A stretch of DNA of 64,000 nucleotides from assembly GCA_964252035.1 (NCBI GenBank), contig OZ176201.1; one strand, 5' to 3'. This DNA comes from Podarcis erhardii (Eukaryota). Every line of letters begins with the position of its first letter. Position 1 is the first letter of the stretch. The notes under the pieces were generated by a model. That model saw only the letters and a list, made by a program, of their open reading frames with translations. It did no database searches and was not told where the DNA came from. This document shows, piece after piece, positions 1-64,000 of the stretch. The translations under genes and the position numbers were made by a program.

Positions 1-200
1 ATGAGAAGGCTGGGGAACACTCCTAAGTTCCTCAGCGTTTATCAGGCTTACTATGGATGGAATCTTTACTTTTGTTACATTGGAATTTTGCCCTTTGAAA
101 TCTCCAAGCCGCCTCTTCTGTTCAGTGTTAGAAACTCGGATATATAAGCTAGGTGCCAAATGGCATCTTAAACCTAGGTTACAGTCTCCACAATGGACTA

Positions 201-262
201 GGAGGTTGGGCCAGATGACCCTCGGGGTCTCTTCCAGTGCTACAATTCTATGATTCTGTGAT
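201..262 (+). mobile_element. CR1-type 3' tail fragment (CR1 LINE or CR1-tailed SINE)
   Basis: GGTTGGGCCAGATGACCCTC...TACAATTCTATGATTCTGTGAT; resembles the 3' end of the 17857-17996 element. Confidence 0.7.
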
Positions 263-859
263 CTCAACTACATTGCTTGACTGTAGCTTGCTCTTACAAC
301 AGTTCACTTGTCCCAGTATGCAAGAAGTAGAAAAACACACAGTGGAAATTCACTCTGTACTAAGGCAGAGGTTTTTAAACGTATGTTTGTCAACCTTGGC
401 GTCCAGAAATCTCAAGGTAGTTGCAGTTGGACCTGCGCCAGTAGCAAAATGTACCTGGCGCTTGGGGAATTTCGAACACTGCTTCTGTTTGCCTACCATC
501 TTCCAGCAGAGCCTAGCTGGCAACTCAGCTGGTTTATCCTCCTTCAGAAGTTGCTGATGCTTATTATTATGTATTGGACAGGTAGTTGTGAAACTACCGA
601 ATGCACTGACAGCTATGAAGCTGTCATGGAGTGGTAATCCATTATTTCTGTTCCTGCACCAAAAGCAGTACTAAATATAACTTTACTAACAGTACTAAAT
701 ATAACTTTATAAAGTTAAAGCCATTCTATACAGAAACTGGTATCCTGCATCAGAGTACTTTGGCATAAGAAAGTGCAATGTGGTGTACATGTTTAATTAA
801 AAATAAGCCCCGTAGAGTTGAATATTTGTCCCTAGCTTAAATGTTTATAAGATTTCAGC

Positions 860-1432
860 CTTTGGTTTGACTGGACCGTTAAGTTCAATCAACTGGAGTT
901 TGTCCACAGACAGCTTTCTGAGTCATGTGGCCAGCATAACTAAAACACAACTGGTACAACGGGACACCGTGACAGAAGCCAGAGCACATGGGAACGCTAT
1001 TTACCTTTCCCTCGACTCTGGTACCTATTTATCTACTGGTGCTGTTAACGCTTTCGAGCTGCTAGGTTGGCAGGAGCTGGGACAAAACAATGGGAGCTCA
1101 CCCCATCACATGGATTCAAACTGCTGACCTTACAATCAGCAAGCCCAAGAGGTTCAGTGGTTTAGACCACAATACAGTGGTACCTCGGGTTACATATGCT
1201 TCAGGTTACATACGCTTCAGGTTACAGACTCCGCTGACCCAGAAATAGTGCTTCAGGTTAAGAACTTTGCTTCAGGATGAGAACAGAAATTGTGCTTCGG
1301 CGGCGCGGCAGCAGCAGGAGGCCCCATTAGCTAAAGTGGTGCTTCAGGTTAAGAACAGTTTCAGGTTAAGAACAGACCTCCGGAACGAATTAAGTACTTA
1401 ACCCAAGGTACCACTGTACCACCTTTGTCTTG
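860..1432 (-). mobile_element. Diverged Sauria SINE, interrupted by a MITE
   Basis: Reverse complement aligns by eye with 5695-6044 (CTCCTGCCAACCTAGCAG, AGTAGATAAATAGGTACC, GCCACATGAC). Confidence 0.8.
1175..1416 (+). mobile_element. 242-bp Tc1/mariner-type (Tigger/pogo-like) MITE
   Basis: TIRs CAGTGGTACCTCGGGTTA / TAACCCAAGGTACCACTG, TA TSD at 1173-1174 and 1417-1418, internal CTTCAGGTTA repeats. Confidence 0.9.
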
Positions 1433-1680
1433 GTGGACTGCAGCGTCAGTGCATTGAAAGTAAATGGGAAAAACAAGTTGAAACGCAGATACTTGCACGG
1501 CTGCAGATGGGGCTCTTACTAAGCAAGCATGAGCATTACATTGGAGCAAATATGCTTCTTTTACAGAAATGGCCTGGTTTCATAGGATGTTTCGCTTTCA
1601 TAAGCATCCATTTCTGCAGAATCTGCTAAATCCCCTATTTGGGTATACATCCTTGAGGTTATTCAGTGCTCTGGCAATAG

Positions 1681-63492
<61,812 letters not shown>

Positions 63493-64000
63493 GTGAGGAA
63501 CTACCTCTGCCACTTAGAATCTCTGCTGTGCCTAGCTGACTATAGAAATTTTTCCCTGCTAATGCACATTGGGAAGCATGGCAGGTTGTTTACAACGGCC
63601 TGTATTGTGGACGGGGAAAGAACCTCAGAACTGGAGGCTGAGAGCACTCCCTGGTGACTTCCCTTCCTTGGCCACAACCTCTGTCTCCAGGCCAACCCCC
63701 CTCACTGGTCCTTCATCGCACTCTCCGTGAATGTTTTTGCATGGCTGAAATGTGTATTTGAACTCTGATAATGCCTCCTGCTTGTCTGGATGAAGGAAAG
63801 AAAGAGGTGTGTGAGAGTGGGTGCAGAAAGTGTAGCCTAGTTGAAATTCGAATTCAGCGTCCCACCCACTTTTGCTGCTGTTCCCCACCCACCACTTGAA
63901 TGTACGCCCAGAAGGGAATGTTCCCCTTGGGCTGAAAAGGTTCTTCACCCTTGGCCCAATAACCTCCATGAAGTTCTTTAAGTGAGCAGGTGTGTGCACA

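Noticed and set aside
666-709. Duplicated CAGTACTAAATATAACTTTA with one TACTAAC
   Set aside because: A simple two-unit local duplication more than 1 kb from the acceptor; no evidence of function.
63493-64000. Next MYH10 exon (expected MEKANARMKQLKRQ...)
   Set aside because: No matching translation was found in any plus frame; the gene continues beyond the window rather than being truncated.

Overview
The window is vertebrate genomic DNA from a squamate reptile, probably a lacertid lizard (inferred from Sauria-SINE and Squam3-like SINEs). It lies almost entirely within one + strand gene, MYH10 (non-muscle myosin heavy chain IIB). I traced 38 constitutive coding exons by hand, from the ATG at 1792 to 63492 (5613 nt, 1871 codons, reading frame consistent across every junction). 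The promoter and non-coding first exon lie upstream of the window, and roughly the last 100 codons lie downstream. Three alternative cassettes are intact: loop-1 B1 microexons of 30 nt (PESPKPVKHQ, GC donor) and 18 nt (SGSLLY), and the 63-nt loop-2 B2 exon. There is one U12-type minor intron (26605-28782) and an RBFOX (TGCATG) cluster downstream of B1. Introns carry SINEs, CR1/L2 fragments, Tc1/mariner-type and hAT-type MITEs (several with perfect TSDs), foldback repeats and microsatellites. No prokaryotic-type system, CRISPR array or second protein-coding gene is supported. The most unusual unexplained signal is a CpG-rich stretch just upstream of the loop-2 exon (41589-41781) that stays open in the MYH10 frame. 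It could be an unannotated loop-2 insert or the start of a headless isoform. The second is a hidden splice-competent segment right after the B1 microexon. Both are hypotheses that need RNA and conservation data. Exon numbers are in-window coding-exon counts, and repeat boundaries are approximate unless a TSD is given.
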